A stretch of 64,000 nt of DNA from contig NW_015165837.1 of assembly GCF_001447785.1 (NCBI RefSeq), positions 1,227,368-1,291,367 of the forward strand, written 5' to 3'. The notes under the pieces are model-generated. The model ran no database searches. It had not been told where the DNA came from and worked only from the letters and a program-made list of their open reading frames with translations. How positions within the stretch are numbered: position 1 is the first letter of the stretch; the number at the start of each line of letters is the position of its first letter. This DNA is from Gekko japonicus. Taxonomy: Eukaryota. A program made the translations under genes and the position numbers. This document shows positions 49,701 through 63,312 of this stretch, piece after piece.

Positions 49701-52700
49701 CAGCCTTAAGTTTGCATTTGAAAGAAAGGTATAATATGTTTCCCAAATAAATAAACATGTGAAAAGTATTTTTAAATCTTAGAACTGAAGCAGTATGGAA
49801 GTGAAGAAAGCCTCGGACTTTAATGTCCTTCCTCAGTGCATGCAGAACTTCCAGTGGAACGGAGTGTCTATAGGAATAATTGCCAACAGACATAGTCTTC
49901 ATTTATACAATCTACCTGTCCTTTTTTGGCAGAAAATTGGTGTGAGCAAGTCCTGCTCCCAGACATTTTTGCCCCTTCACATTAAAACATTTACACATGG
50001 TGAGCAAAAACGCAAAAGCCAAAAACCTTCTGTGCCCCAGCATATTTACATCCTACATGTAAATAACTGAAATATTTTTGCTGCATAGCTGCAAAATTAA
50101 CAGAAACAGCACAGATAGTTCCATCTTCTTTTTTACCAAGCTATTATGTCTTCCTGGACTATCTGTTGGTGGTAGGCAAAGACTTACTGCAGGTCAACTT
50201 GAGCTCAGAGATTCAGTACTACAAAAATATTTAAAGCTATGGGGAAGTATGTATATATGATTCCATCAAACATAAAATGCTATTGCTTTTGTTCTCATGG
50301 GTTACTAGTGAGCCCTAGTCCAATTGAAAAGAAACTGTGCTTTAATGGTGTTCATGCATTTGTTTTTAACTTTGCTGGGGGGGAAAGATTACGCCACTCT
50401 TCTAGGCCTTCTGCTGTGTTCAGCTACTCCAACAGTGAATATTTTTCCGAGACTTAACTCCATTTAGGGCAGCTTCTTTCAAAGAAAATCACTCAGGAAA
50501 AGACAATCTTTGCATCCAACATATTGCTTCAGAGCTTTCCTTCAGTGGCTCCGTTTCTAATACAAGTGATTAAAAAGGTAAACTGGAATAAATCACACAC
50601 ATACATATTAGCATGTGGACATCAACAGAAATGGACAGCAGTTAAAATTGGCTTGTGAATGTTGGGTTATTGTTTTTCTCTTATTAGTGAAAGCCTCTTC
50701 TACTCAGTCTCCTAAGTGGGCCTTAGTAGCAGTATACATAATATAGTCTCCTTTTTGTTAAGTGTTTCTAAAACATACAACACTGCGATTACAATCTGTT
50801 ACTGTGGCAGAATTTTCTCCCCTCATAATGTAAAGTTAGATGACCTTGAAATGGAGTATAGTGTTTGCATGCCTTCCCTAGCTCCAGATTAAGAGCACAC
50901 AAAATGGATCACTGAGTAAGTGTTTTACTAGTGAAGGGGGAGACTGCTTCCAGTCAGTTCACTGATTTAATTTATTGTATTTGAGGGGGTGTGTGGAAAG
51001 CTCCCCCTGATAATAGTTATTGATATGTTGAGGGCTTGTCCTGCTCTCCACATGTGAGTAATCATTGGCGGGGATATGTTTTCTTTATTCTTTTCCTCCA
51101 CCATTACTAATATTACATATAAATTCTGGAACTCTGTTCAGATTTACAGGTAAAGTTTTATAATCCTGATTTGTGATTTTCTGTTCTTTCCCAAATCTAG
51201 TTTGAACAAAAACTGCAAATACTGCTCAAGTCTTATGATGTGTACAACCATCAAAAGAATGTATTCTGTGCAGGATCGGCTACTGAAGTGTCACATATTA
51301 CAGGTGTAAATTCATACGACCCCAGTTCTAAGGCTTTTTGACAGCCCCAGCAAAATAGTAAAATGGGATTATTCTCATCTGTACCTCATGTTCATAATAA
51401 TTTCTCATATCCATGTGCTCAGACATGCAGATTCTGCAGCTCTGTGAGTAAACTGACTTAAAAATCCCTAGCTATGTGTGACACTCCAACCTACTGACAA
51501 TGTGAGCTATATCTGATTCTGTGACCTGCTGATTCCTTATTATTCCATCACACTCCCTTCTTACTACTACCCTTACAACCCTACAGTATTTAAATCCCCA
51601 GATAACCTCCCAGCTGCTGTTTTAATTAGAACAGGGTCAAACAAAAGGAGCAAGTTCTGTGAACATTTTTGCCTCTTAAAAAAACCTCTACAAATTTGAT
51701 TATTCAAATATTCTTGGGGAAGCATCAACAATCAGGAGTTTGCTTCGTATTTTAGTGCACTATATGTCTGTGGTAAGTTCTCAGTGGAGGTTGTGCTTGG
51801 ATATGTGTGATGTGAAGGCAGTACAGCTTTGCTGGCTTTCAGTGATATCATGTTGTAATTATATCTGATTGGCTCTGAACACAAGAGCCTGCTGCATACT
51901 GAGGCCATGGGTCTGTCAAGCTCAGTACAGTCTACTCTGCCTCACTGTGTATCTCTGATGTCTGTTCTACGATAAAGGTCATTTTTTAAGTCACCAAAGC
52001 CTCAAATAGACATGAAAGCAGCACAGAATGGAAGGAGGGAGTGATATGCCTTTTTGTATAATCTTAAAACTGTTTGGAAGCATAAATTTGGTACCTGTCT
52101 AATTTTAATCATAATCATCAGAGTCATTCTGTATGGGAATTGGGAAAGTTTGGAGTGCTTCCAGAACATACACAAATTTTTACCCTTATGCATTCATGAG
52201 TTCAGAGTAGATGTTACAGGTATATGTAATGGCTGCCTGGTGGCTTTAACAAGAAAAAACATTTTGGGGGGGAGATAGGAACAGGATAAACTTGGTGTCT
52301 CAAAGCATGCTGATCTTGCGGTGATTTTTGGAATTTTGAGCACAGGCAGAGGCGAGTACCACAGCAAAATGGCTGCCGTGGGAATGGGGGAACCAGTCAC
52401 AGAGTCCTGGGAGGTACGAGCCAAACTGCATCCTGTGATGGAAGCAATTGTTTACAAAATGGATGCTGCTTGCTGAGCTCTTCTGAAGTACCTGTTGCTA
52501 CAGAGAAGTGGAGAAAAACCAGGATTGACTCTTTGCTTGGTGGGAAAAATCAAGCGGGCAGCAAGAAACATTGATGAGTGCCATGGTACTCATGGGCATC
52601 ATGTTGATGATCATCGAGGTAAACATTTTCCTTCTTAGAAAAGGGTCATTACATGCTTTCATGTATAGCTTAGCCTAGATCAAGTACTTTTTAGTGTTCC

Positions 52701-52731
52701 TGATCCTATACCAAAGCACACTTGTATTAAA

Positions 52732-53074
52732 AAGGTAAAGGCTTTCCTTGCTCAAAAGCTAGTTGAATCTATCTCTAGGGGCTGGTCCTCATCTCCATTT
52801 CCAAGCCAACAGCCAGCGCTGTCCTAAGACTTCTCTGTGGTCACGTTGCTGGCATGATTAAACACTGAGGCACATGGAACGCTGTTACCTTCCCACCAAA
52901 GCAGTACCTATTTATCTACTTGCAATTTCTTGCTTTCAAACTGCTAGGTTGGCAGGAGTTGGGGCTAGAGACGGGAGCTCACTCCATCATGCGGCACTAG
53001 GGTCTTGAACTGTCAAACTACAGACCTTCTGGTCTGCAGCTCAGCATCTTAACCTCTAAGCCACCGCAAACCCT
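52732..53074 (-). mobile_element. Sauria-type SINE with 15-bp TSD
   Basis: TSD CACACTTGTATTAAA (52717-52731, 53075-53089); minus-strand 3' tail CCTTTACCTTT; tRNA-like head GCGGTGGCTTAGAGGTTAAG. Confidence 0.8.
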
Positions 53075-54922
53075 CACACTTGTATTAAATAGTGCTGAAG
53101 TAAAATCTCTGTTCAAAAGTTGTTCCGCACGGTAACCTCTCCCAGAATTTAATAGGTTTTATTCATTTAGGCTGGAAGACCATTATTTCAGTGAACTTGT
53201 AGAAATGTTTTTCTTTGAATATGTAATCTGTGAATGGCTGGGCGTGTCTGATGCTGCTAGATTGTTGAGGTGAAGTGAGTGATCACCCAGTCTATTCCTT
53301 GGATGGGAGATCTTTCAGAAACCCACATAAGAGCAGGATATAATAAATTATTTAAAATGTCATCTTATAAAGCTAGCACTAGCTTCTGATGGAAAGTAAT
53401 GTACATAACTGATTTTTCTCAAGACAGAATTCTCACTTCAACTGTTGAAGATTTGTTAGTTCTCTTCAGTGGCATATTTTTGGGACCATTGGTAGTGATG
53501 ATGAAAGTTCTACCTAAAAAGATGTTTCTAATTTTTCAGTGGTTGTAGAGCACTTCTGGCATTTTATGTGGAATCCATCTCATTTCTCACTACAGGGGAT
53601 TACTCAGTGACTAGGCATACTGGAGCAGCACTGCTACAATCAGTAAATCAGAAGGAGAGCTTTAGGGAAGTTGAGATCTTTGTTTTGTTAATGATTGGGG
53701 GAAGGAGGGGCAGAAAAGAATCCTAATTTTGTGGCATTCATAAAAATGTCCACAAATTCTTTTCTATCAAGAGTTATACGCAGTAATAACTAATCATATT
53801 GTTGGCTGGAGATGGTAAAGGGTATTCTTGCTTGAAGTTAGGCAGCATAATTTCCGTCTAGTGCATCTGGAAAATTAACACAAACTGTTACTGTTTGTCA
53901 TTTGCATGGTTGTGTCTTTGCATGCATGCAGAAGATCAAGGCAGAAAGAAGGGAACCAACAAACCATAACACTTTTCCCCATATATTAGAGCCTTTTTTA
54001 TAAATGTCTTTGCAAAATTGAAAGTAGCTGTGGTTGTGTTTACTGTGGAACCTATCAGCAGAGAACAATTTACAGTCAGTGCCATTCTTCACAGCTGAAT
54101 GGAGAAGAGGTGCCTGTTCAGTGAAATGGAGCAGCTGCACCCGGTCTAGCTTGTCTCACATTAACATTTGCTTTTTAATCAAGACTTTCACAGTCCTCCA
54201 GTACAGTTTTTCATGACAGGAGTGGTCAGTAGTAGGCAGCTGTAGCATAATTGAAAGTGTACATGAAAGCAAAATTAAAATAATTTGGGAGGGGAAAAAA
54301 CTTCTGAAAACAGTAGAGTCACTTAATGTTCTCAGTTCAATCCTAAAATAAATTCAAGTGGCAGAATCAAAAGGCAAGAAAAAGAGATCACTGTCTTTAC
54401 TATTGCAAAATGGAGATTATTTACCACTTTCAAATATTTCATTTGATAACTTCTATAATTGAGATTATTGACAGGATAGGTGCTTAGGTTAAAACAGTTT
54501 TATTACTTTGGTATTTACAGCACAATTAATCCTATGCAATTGCAGTATCTTAACGTCTGACACTTTTATGAATTTTTTCATGTATCATTTCTTGCAGTCT
54601 TCTAGGCAGACTAGGTGGTGCTCAGAATTCTTTAAAATTGCATCACTATCTATTAATATTTCATTTATAATCTGAAAGAGCAAAGCTTTTCCCAGTAACA
54701 TTTAGCAAGCAAAGAATTTGGATATGAATCAAAATTATCTGTTCAAATTTATGATTATTTCTGTAGAGGCCTGGACAAGACTGGCAGAGACAGGCTATTC
54801 TAGATGCCTTGAGCCATAAAGGAAAAAAGGGTATAAAAATTGTAATTAATAAAGTCCATATTCTTTCTGGTTTCTGCCCCTCTACTTTGGATCTCTGTCT
54901 GCATATCTTGACATCTCTGCTT

Positions 54923-55331
54923 CAGGATTGCCAGACCCCCGGTGGAGGAGGGAATCCCCCACTGCCAGACATCACTGCCCCACCACCAATCAGCTGGCTG
55001 GGGAGGGAGGACTTATCCCCTCCAAAAAAGAGGAAGATCCATTTGACATGCAGTGATGGGTCTATATCCCAGACTTAATATCATCACGTCTGGGTCATAG
55101 GGGTGACACTTTAGTAGTTGGGCAAAAGCACTATGGTAGAGGCCAAATTTACCATAAAGTTTTTGCTCAAATTCCGGAGCATCACCTTGAAGTCCTGGAA
55201 GTGATGATGTCACTACTGGGTCACATGGTCAGTGACGTAGATACATTGCTACACGTCAGATGGGCCTCCCTGTTGCTCCTTTTAAGTCCCCCATCCCCCA
55301 CCGGTTGCCAGGAGGGACTTGGCCAACCCTA
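54923..55331. mobile_element. hAT-like MITE
   Basis: Ends CAGGATTGCCA / TGGCCAACCCTA; degenerate 8-bp TSD CTCTGCTT / CAGTGCTT. Confidence 0.6.
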
Positions 55332-56299
55332 CAGTGCTTTCTTCAATGACTAGTGTGGTCCTGTTACAGACATCAATGGGAGTTACTTGCTAGGGTGAAT
55401 ATGTAAATGTTATTGAAATTTTGAAGCCATGGGGATGTCTCTCTCCCCCCCCCCCCAGTCCATGTTTTGTCTATCAGGGAAAAGCTGGAGATTTGGGAAG
55501 GGAGATTTGCAATATGTACAATGCATACTTATCAAACCTAAACCTGTCTTACTGCTTCAGCGGCACAAAATGCATCATTTGTAACATAGCATATACATTT
55601 TTGTTTGATATATTTACAAGTAAAATTGTGAATCTACCAGTACTACAGAGAAAGAGAGGTTCAAACTGCCACACTGTATACTAACTTACTATGTGCGTCA
55701 TAGTTTTTGCCATCTGAGAATTAGGAAAACTGAATACGCCAATTTTGTAGAAAACTAAAGAAAATATATTACTTGGAAAAAAACGCTTATGTAGTCACAG
55801 AAAGACTAGCAGCATATTTAAAATAAAGCTAAACTGTAGAACACTGAAAACACTGAACTTTTCAATAGCACACTGTGTTATAATGCACGTTCTAGCAGGG
55901 TTCCCCAGCATGGTGCTCGTAGGCACCCTCACACCTGCCAATACTTCCCTGAGCTTTTCACAAAGTTGTTCCATTGTAAGGCAGGGCTTTTTATTGGATT
56001 ACCTCATTCAAATGAGAGGGTTTTTCATGGCTACAATATTTTGTTTGCTTTGTTTACAAAATTTATACCCTACCTTCCTACCCACATCAGGGCTACCAAG
56101 GTGGCTAACAGGTTAAAAACATACATAAAACCGTTACAATCAAACCAAGCTCAAAATACATATGTAAAAACAACAAAGCCTTGCATGGGAAGGAGGGATC
56201 ACTGAGGGAACACTTGGCTAAACAAGTCTTCACCCTCTGGCAGAAGACAAAAACAGAAGGGGACAGAGGAGTGGGACAGGAGGTGGGGACAAAAGGAGA

Positions 56300-56590
56300 C
56301 AGGTGGTGGTGGCGGCTACAAGCATGGATAGCTTCAAGAGGGAATCAGATAAGCATATGGAGCAGAAGTCCATCAGTGGCTATTAGCCACAAGGTATAGA
56401 TAGGAACTCTCAGGCTGGGGCAAATGATGCACTGTATTCTTGGTGCTGGGGGGGGCAACAGTGGGAGGGCTTCTAGTGTCCTGGCCCTACTGCTGGACCT
56501 CCTGATGGCACCTGGTATTTTTGGCCACTGTGTGACAGAGTGTTGGACTAGATGGGCCATTGGCCTGATCCAACATTGGCTTCTCTTATG
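56300..56590 (+). mobile_element. CR1 3' end fragment
   Basis: Closely similar to 38742-39000 (CATGGAGCAGA...CATCAGTGGCTATTAGCCACAAGGTATAGATAGGAACTCTC). Confidence 0.85.
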
Positions 56591-56793
56591 AGTCTCCCTG
56601 GGGTTCCATAACCAAAACTGTCCTGTCCTGAATTACCACTGACCTAATCTCAGAATGCTCAGGCACCCAAAGCAGGGCTTCAGGAGATGACTGTAGTGGT
56701 CAGGTACTCTTGTAAGGAAGTAGGCAGTCCTTCAGATATGCTGGTCCCTAGCCATATAAGGGGCTTTAAATGTTAACACCAGAATGTTGAATT

Positions 56794-57503
56794 GTGCCTG
56801 GTGCCGCCTTTGTAGACATGAAGGCAGCTTTTGATTCAATCGACCAGGTGACATTATGGTCAAAATTGAACTCTACCAACATAGATAAGAGGCTCCTCCA
56901 TTTGATAATAAAACTCCACAGCAATAACACTCTCCAGATAAAATATACCTCGGACAGCAGACTATCTAAACCTATTCAGTCGAGGAGGGGTGTTAAACAG
57001 GGCTGTCCGCTAGCCCCTTTTTTGTTTAATTTCTATGTGAACTCTCTTATATCTGTTTTGCGTATCACTGATGTTCATGCTCCCAAACTCAATTTCGACC
57101 ACAAAGTGCCTGTTCTCATTTATGCAGATGACACAATTCTTTTATCTCTGACTAGAATAGGTCTACACTTACATCCTTTTCTAGTCACTGCCAGGAAAAC
57201 ATGCTATCAATTAACTTCTCTAAAACAAAAATAATGTGTTTCAATCAGAGGCCAAAAAAACACACCTGGAAAATAAAGGGGAACGAGGTTGAGCAGGTTA
57301 AGTTTTTTAAATATCTGGGGGTTACATTTGCTTATAACGGTAACCCCTCAGCTCATATTAAATCAGTGGCTGTTTCGGCGGAAAGAACCGCTTCTGCTAT
57401 ACTGAGATTTTTTAGAAAGGATGGTGCACACTATATTCCAGCTGCCTTGAAACTTTTTTCTGCTAAAGTTCTAGCCCAAATGAGATATGGGACACAAATT
57501 ATG
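56794..57503 (+). mobile_element. Non-LTR retrotransposon RT fragment (RTE-X-like), runs into a gap
   Basis: AAFVDMKAAFD, GVKQGCPLAPFLF, LIYADD, then a frameshift and EQVKFFKYLGV. Confidence 0.85.
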
Positions 57504-58352
57504 NNNNNNNNNNNNNNNNNNNNNNNNNNNNNNNNNNNNNNNNNNNNNNNNNNNNNNNNNNNNNNNNNNNNNNNNNNNNNNNNNNNNNNNNNNNNNNNNN
57601 NNNNNNNNNNNNNNNNNNNNNNNNNNNNNNNNNNNNNNNNNNNNNNNNNNNNNNNNNNNNNNNNNNNNNNNNNNNNNNNNNNNNNNNNNNNNNNNNNNNN
57701 NNNNNNNNNNNNNNNNNNNNNNNNNNNNNNNNNNNNNNNNNNNNNNNNNNNNNNNNNNNNNNNNNNNNNNNNNNNNNNNNNNNNNNNNNNNNNNNNNNNN
57801 NNNNNNNNNNNNNNNNNNNNNNNNNNNNNNNNNNNNNNNNNNNNNNNNNNNNNNNNNNNNNNNNNNNNNNNNNNNNNNNNNNNNNNNNNNNNNNNNNNNN
57901 NNNNNNNNNNNNNNNNNNNNNNNNNNNNNNNNNNNNNNNNNNNNNNNNNNNNNNNNNNNNNNNNNNNNNNNNNNNNNNNNNNNNNNNNNNNNNNNNNNNN
58001 NNNNNNNNNNNNNNNNNNNNNNNNNNNNNNNNNNNNNNNNNNNNNNNNNNNNNNNNNNNNNNNNNNNNNNNNNNNNNNNNNNNNNNNNNNNNNNNNNNNN
58101 NNNNNNNNNNNNNNNNNNNNNNNNNNNNNNNNNNNNNNNNNNNNNNNNNNNNNNNNNNNNNNNNNNNNNNNNNNNNNNNNNNNNNNNNNNNNNNNNNNNN
58201 NNNNNNNNNNNNNNNNNNNNNNNNNNNNNNNNNNNNNNNNNNNNNNNNNNNNNNNNNNNNNNNNNNNNNNNNNNNNNNNNNNNNNNNNNNNNNNNNNNNN
58301 NNNNNNNNNNNNNNNNNNNNNNNNNNNNNNNNNNNNNNNNNNNNNNNNNNNN
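57504..58352. other. Assembly gap
   Basis: Run of N. Confidence 1.
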
Positions 58353-61204
58353 AGTATTTCTTTTGTTTATTTATTTTTCAAACATATTCCGCCCTCCCCC
58401 TGAATGGGCTCAGGGTGGATCACAAAAGCAGTTGGGTCATTTGGCCACACAACACAATAATAAATAATCAGTTAAAACATTAAAACAATCATTTTTGTTA
58501 AACCTTCCACAGTTCTTTTGGAAAGTGAGGAGGGAAGTATCTTTGGCCTTTCCACCTGCGGAAGCCATTTTTGTTTGGTTCTGCCTCCTGTGGAAGCCAT
58601 TTTGTGGTGGTGCTTACCATACCCTCTCAAAATTCCAAAGTTGCCCACAGGCTCAAAAAAGTTGGGAACTCTTGCATTATAGTGTCTGAATTATGGACAA
58701 AATTAATCTCATTTAAATAAACATGTCCTTGAAAATACATTGTATATGTTTACAATATGGACAAAGGAATTATATCTAGAGAGAGGAATCTTTATATCTA
58801 GAGAGCCAGTGTGGTGTGGTGGTTAGGGTTGGTGACTTGAGGATGGCAGTAGAGCACATCTGCCTTGAGTTTCTCCATCCTCCACTGCTGCTGAACATGG
58901 TTATGGATCAGGGCTTGGATCAAAAAGCTGACCCGAATCCTCTGGCCAGTAATGGCAGTGGGGGAGTGTTGGACCAGAAACTGTGTCCTGTCACCTTATG
59001 CTCAAAGCAGCCCTGAGGAGGGGTTGGAGGAGAAAGCACATCTGGTGTGCTTTCTCTTCCAAGCTCAGTACCAACTAGCCTTTGGCTGGTGAGGGAGGGA
59101 GACTTTTTTTCGAAACTACTCTTTTTCAAGAACAGCTGTGCCAGAACTATGGCTTGCCCAAGGTCATCCAGCAGGTGCAAGTGGAGAAGTGGGGAATCAA
59201 ACCGAGTCCTCCCAGGTACAGCCCTACAGGTGTTTCCCTGTCAGGAATGAGCCATGGAGCTGAGCTGTTACACCTCAGTGAATGGGCAAGCAGGGCATGA
59301 AGAGGCATACATGCTTGTCAGTTTTCACAAGGGTCCTTTATTGGATACATGCATCCATACTGTGGAGTTGGCAGCACTTTCCAAAACTTAGTAATAAAAT
59401 TAAGGATGCATAGCACTGTGAAATTAGTAACACTGAAAATATAAGTAAGCATAGGTTTTACAGCTAAGACATTTTAAGAAACTCAGCATTTTAAACTGGG
59501 TACAAGGAGAAGAACAAGCTGTGATAGAATATCCCTGATTCAAATCCTAGGGAGCCCACTGGGGAAGGCGGGGTATAAATATGAAAAATAGATAAAAATA
59601 AAATAAATAAATCCCTCTGCCCAGAACTTACCGTGTGGCCTTAACAAGTCATTCTCTCTCAGCCTCAACTCCAAAACTGTAATATGTAGATGATAATATT
59701 TACCTACCTTACAGGGCTTTTGTAAGGATTTCAGTCAGATAATAGATGTGAAGCACTGTGAACACCAAAAATTTGATAGTTAATGCTTTCTGTTGTCGTT
59801 TGCTATAGCTTGACTTTTGTTAAGCAAAATGTAAAACCCTTTGTTTCACATGAGGACAAACATCCCTCAAAAGATCATCTTTGTAACTTACATTGTTTGC
59901 CATATCTATACAAACAAACTTTTATGTTCTAAGTTCATAATTTTTTTCTAACTGAGCATTATGTGCTCGGTTTTGCACAGTTCTTCCTGTATGCACAAAT
60001 ACTGGTCTGTAATCTTAATGTAGGCCTTCCTATAAAACTATGTGAGCCAAATAGCCATTTAAGTTACTGGTGACATTTCCTGATGTCATATGTACATACT
60101 TGACTCAGAGACATACAAAATAGCCAAGGAGAGAAGCCTCTCCTTTGCCATCTCTACCTTCCTTTCCTGGCCGGAGCTGCTGAATTAGGTTATAACAATT
60201 AGGTAATTGTTGGCTCACTGTTAAAGATGAAAATTATAATTAGGTTATAGCAAAATGATAGCTGTTTTTTTAAAAAAACAAACAAACTTGCCTTAACTCG
60301 TTAGCGGTAGTACTTTGAATCTGTGGGCTACATGCAAATTACTTTTAATTTTTTTGCTAAGCCTGTCATAACAATGCAACTGTAGGACTGGATGAGACTT
60401 CTGGAAATCACCTAGGTCCAAACTGGGTTCAAGCTACAGGATACACTTGTACATGAATTAAGTCAGGGTTCCCTTAACCTGACTCACTTTCCCCATAGTC
60501 AGATAGCAGATTTCAGGATCTTGTTCCATTTACAATAGCTTTCAGTTTCAGACCGGACCAAGTCAAGATACTGGTAATTGACCCTTAAGGCCTGTGCATT
60601 TGACATTCTTTTACTGGCCCTCCTTCCTGTTTATGTTTTTAATTGACTTAGTGTATATATGTTTTTAAAGTTGGTTCTAATTTTTTTAACTGTTTGATGC
60701 CTTGAGGGCCCAAATTAGGTGGAAAACAGGATAAAAATGTTTTAGTAAAATAACATTTTCTAAACTGTTCTCCCAACCTAAAATGGCCCCATGGTGGCAT
60801 TTAGCAGAAGTCCCTTCTCTTTCCCACACCACAGTACCAATCCCCTAATTTGGTCCTATGATCCTTGGGAAATAAATTCCCTGAAGCTACTGTCTGGCTA
60901 CAGGGACTGCTAGTTGGGTCAGAGGAGTCCTGACCTGACTCATGTCCAAATGTATCATGTAGTTTAGACCCTAGTTAAATTACTATTAGCTGGTTTCTTG
61001 AAACAGAAGAAAACCCTATGGTGTTGCCATAAGTTGGCTGCAACTTGATGGCACTTTCCACCACCACCATTGCCTGCTGCTTACAACCTTTCATTTCTTG
61101 ATGGAAAAAGCAATTGAGGAAAAAGATGTACATCTCTTACCTGGTAGGCAGTATTCTAATCATAAAGGGGAATGTTAACACAGATTTTATATTGTGTCTT
61201 CTAG

Positions 61205-61281
61205 ACAATGCAACCAATGAAGAAAAAAACGAATTTAAAGATAAAATGTCTTGCGGCACTGGGCTTGGCCAGACTTTACAG
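61205..61281 (+). CDS. UMAD1: Putative UMAD1 second coding exon, 77 nt
   Basis: TGTCTTCTAG/ acceptor, CAG/GTCAGT donor; phase 1 start fits the previous exon; (D)NATNEEKNEFKDKMSCGTGLGQTLQ loosely resembles recalled human [25 protein letters not shown]. Confidence 0.62.
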
Positions 61282-62389
61282 GTCAGTTAAATCTGAATTA
61301 TTTCACAGTTATTGCAATGTGTATATAAAGGCCTCAAAAGCATGATTCTTTCTCCAGTGTCATAAGCCATCCAGGGGAAATATAGGGTTTTACAGTAAAC
61401 AGTAAGATGCAGCTGGCATAGCTTATGCCTAATGCCACACTTATGCAGCTCAGCAATAGCTCTAACCATACTGTGGGAATGATGCATCAAAAAGCTGGCT
61501 TAGCTTTATGATGAGACGGTGGAGCTCCACTTGTTCTTGCAGTCTAGTCCACCATGTGTGACTCTATAGTTTTCTGTTAACAGCATGGGGGTTTTGTGAA
61601 ATGCACTCTGAACTGTTGCTTTTCCCAGCCATTTTCATCTTTAACAGTGAGCCAAAAATAATTTCAGATAAGGATCAACTGGAATCGCAGCAGCTTCAGA
61701 CCAGAATACAAAAACCTCTTGATATCTACAGTACATTAAGTAATTCTAAGCACTGAAAATAAATCTGTAATGGAATAAATGAAAGAACATCTATATGCAA
61801 ACCACTGTTCTTCTTCCAGATTCAGGGAAGGCTTGTTTTAAACACTTTAAAAGACCATTATCTTTAGTCTGCTTTTAACTGAGAAATACTAATCAGTATG
61901 GTTAGTATTTAAGTGGTATTGTGATTGGTGAGATTTCTGATGTCAGAGTAGTTCTAGATACCAAAAACTCTGTGGTTAAAAAATTAAAAGCTATGTTAAA
62001 TATTGAAGAAATGCTGCAGTAATATGGAGAAATATATCGTACATCACATTTAAGTAATTACAAAGTGTTCCACATGAATTGCTCTATAAAGTTCAAAAAG
62101 CAATCGCAGCATCTCCAGTTGAAACAATCAGGTATCAGGTGAAGTGAAAGACCCAGTTGTTGCAAGGCCTGGAAGCTCTGCAGCAGGGAAGGGTGGAAGT
62201 GGTGTTGCGCAATTCCACAACGTTCTTTCCAGCCGAAAAGCCAGAATTGATGTCACCCCAACACAGTGATGTCACTTCTGATTTGTCAGCTGGCAATGAT
62301 GTAATGGCCATTTCCCCTCCTGCTTTTCATTCAAGCACTAGCATGGGAAAAGGGGGGGATTGCCCAGGGAAATTGGGGGGGGAGCAAAA

Positions 62390-62870
62390 TGGACGGGTTT
62401 AATGGCTGCCAACCATTTAAACCTAACAGCTGACGGGTGGAACTGACCTGCTGTTAGGTTTAAATGGCTGACAGCTATTTCAGCCTAATAGTGGGGCAGG
62501 TGTGCCTGTCAACTGTTAAGCTGACATGGCTGTGAGCCATTTCACCAGTCCGTTCCCCACCAACACCAACACCCCCGCTTGGAAGCAGGAGGGAAGAAAA
62601 GGAGCAGGTTTAATGGTTGGCAGCCATTTCAGTCTAACGTGTGCCCATCAGCTGTTAGGCTGAAATGGCTCACAGCCATTTAAAACTTAACAGCTGACGG
62701 GTGGACCTGCACTGCTCAGCTGTTAGATTTAAATGGCCCAAACAGCTGAATTGGACAAAAGTCCAGTAAATGTTTGGGGAAGGTGTCTTCTCTGAACATA
62801 GGTTTGGGGGCTCTGAACTGGGCCAAGTTTGTGCCAAATTTTGCTTTGTGAACCGGTTCATGCCGATCCT
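62390..62870. repeat. Array of palindromic sub-repeats, probably the interior of a DNA element
   Basis: Recurrent TTAGG(T/C)T(T/G)AAATGGCT-n-CAGCCATTT(A/C)A..CTAACAGC units. Confidence 0.65.
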
Positions 62871-63312
62871 TGCTTGAATATATTTGAACAGCAAGACCAC
62901 AGAACCAACTTCACAGCTTAATGTGATAATTTTTTTCTGCAGCTATTGCCCAAATCCTGCTGCAGCTGCTGTTTGACAATGATAGCTCTCTCTTGGTGTG
63001 TGCTGTCACTGTAATGTTTTGTTTGATGTGCTTATGCAAAACAAAGGAAAATTAAGATGACAGCCAGCAGTAGTGATAGAGGAATAATTGGTCACTGAAA
63101 TGCCTGCTTCTGCAGGCCAGTTTCTATATAATAGTTGGCCAATCCTATTGATACTTTTGTAATGGTTCCCACAGAAGCATACGTATGCAAATGATTATAT
63201 TGGGACTGTCATTCATGTAGCTTTTTCCGAGAGGATTCCCTGACCAAATATATGAGGTTGTGTCAGCTCTTGCTCATGAGATCATACCAGGGAAATAAAC
63301 ACATGAATAGTG

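Noticed and set aside
46800-56000. Many 60-90 aa ORFs in the UMAD1 intron
   Set aside because: No recognisable domains or splice-consistent structure; expected by chance.
57201-58467. 400-aa and 326-aa ORFs
   Set aside because: Mostly X residues from the N gap; only the first roughly 100 aa of the 57201 ORF are real LINE RT sequence.
62390-62760. CRISPR-like array of palindromic repeats
   Set aside because: Vertebrate DNA, degenerate repeats, spacers related to each other, and no cas genes.
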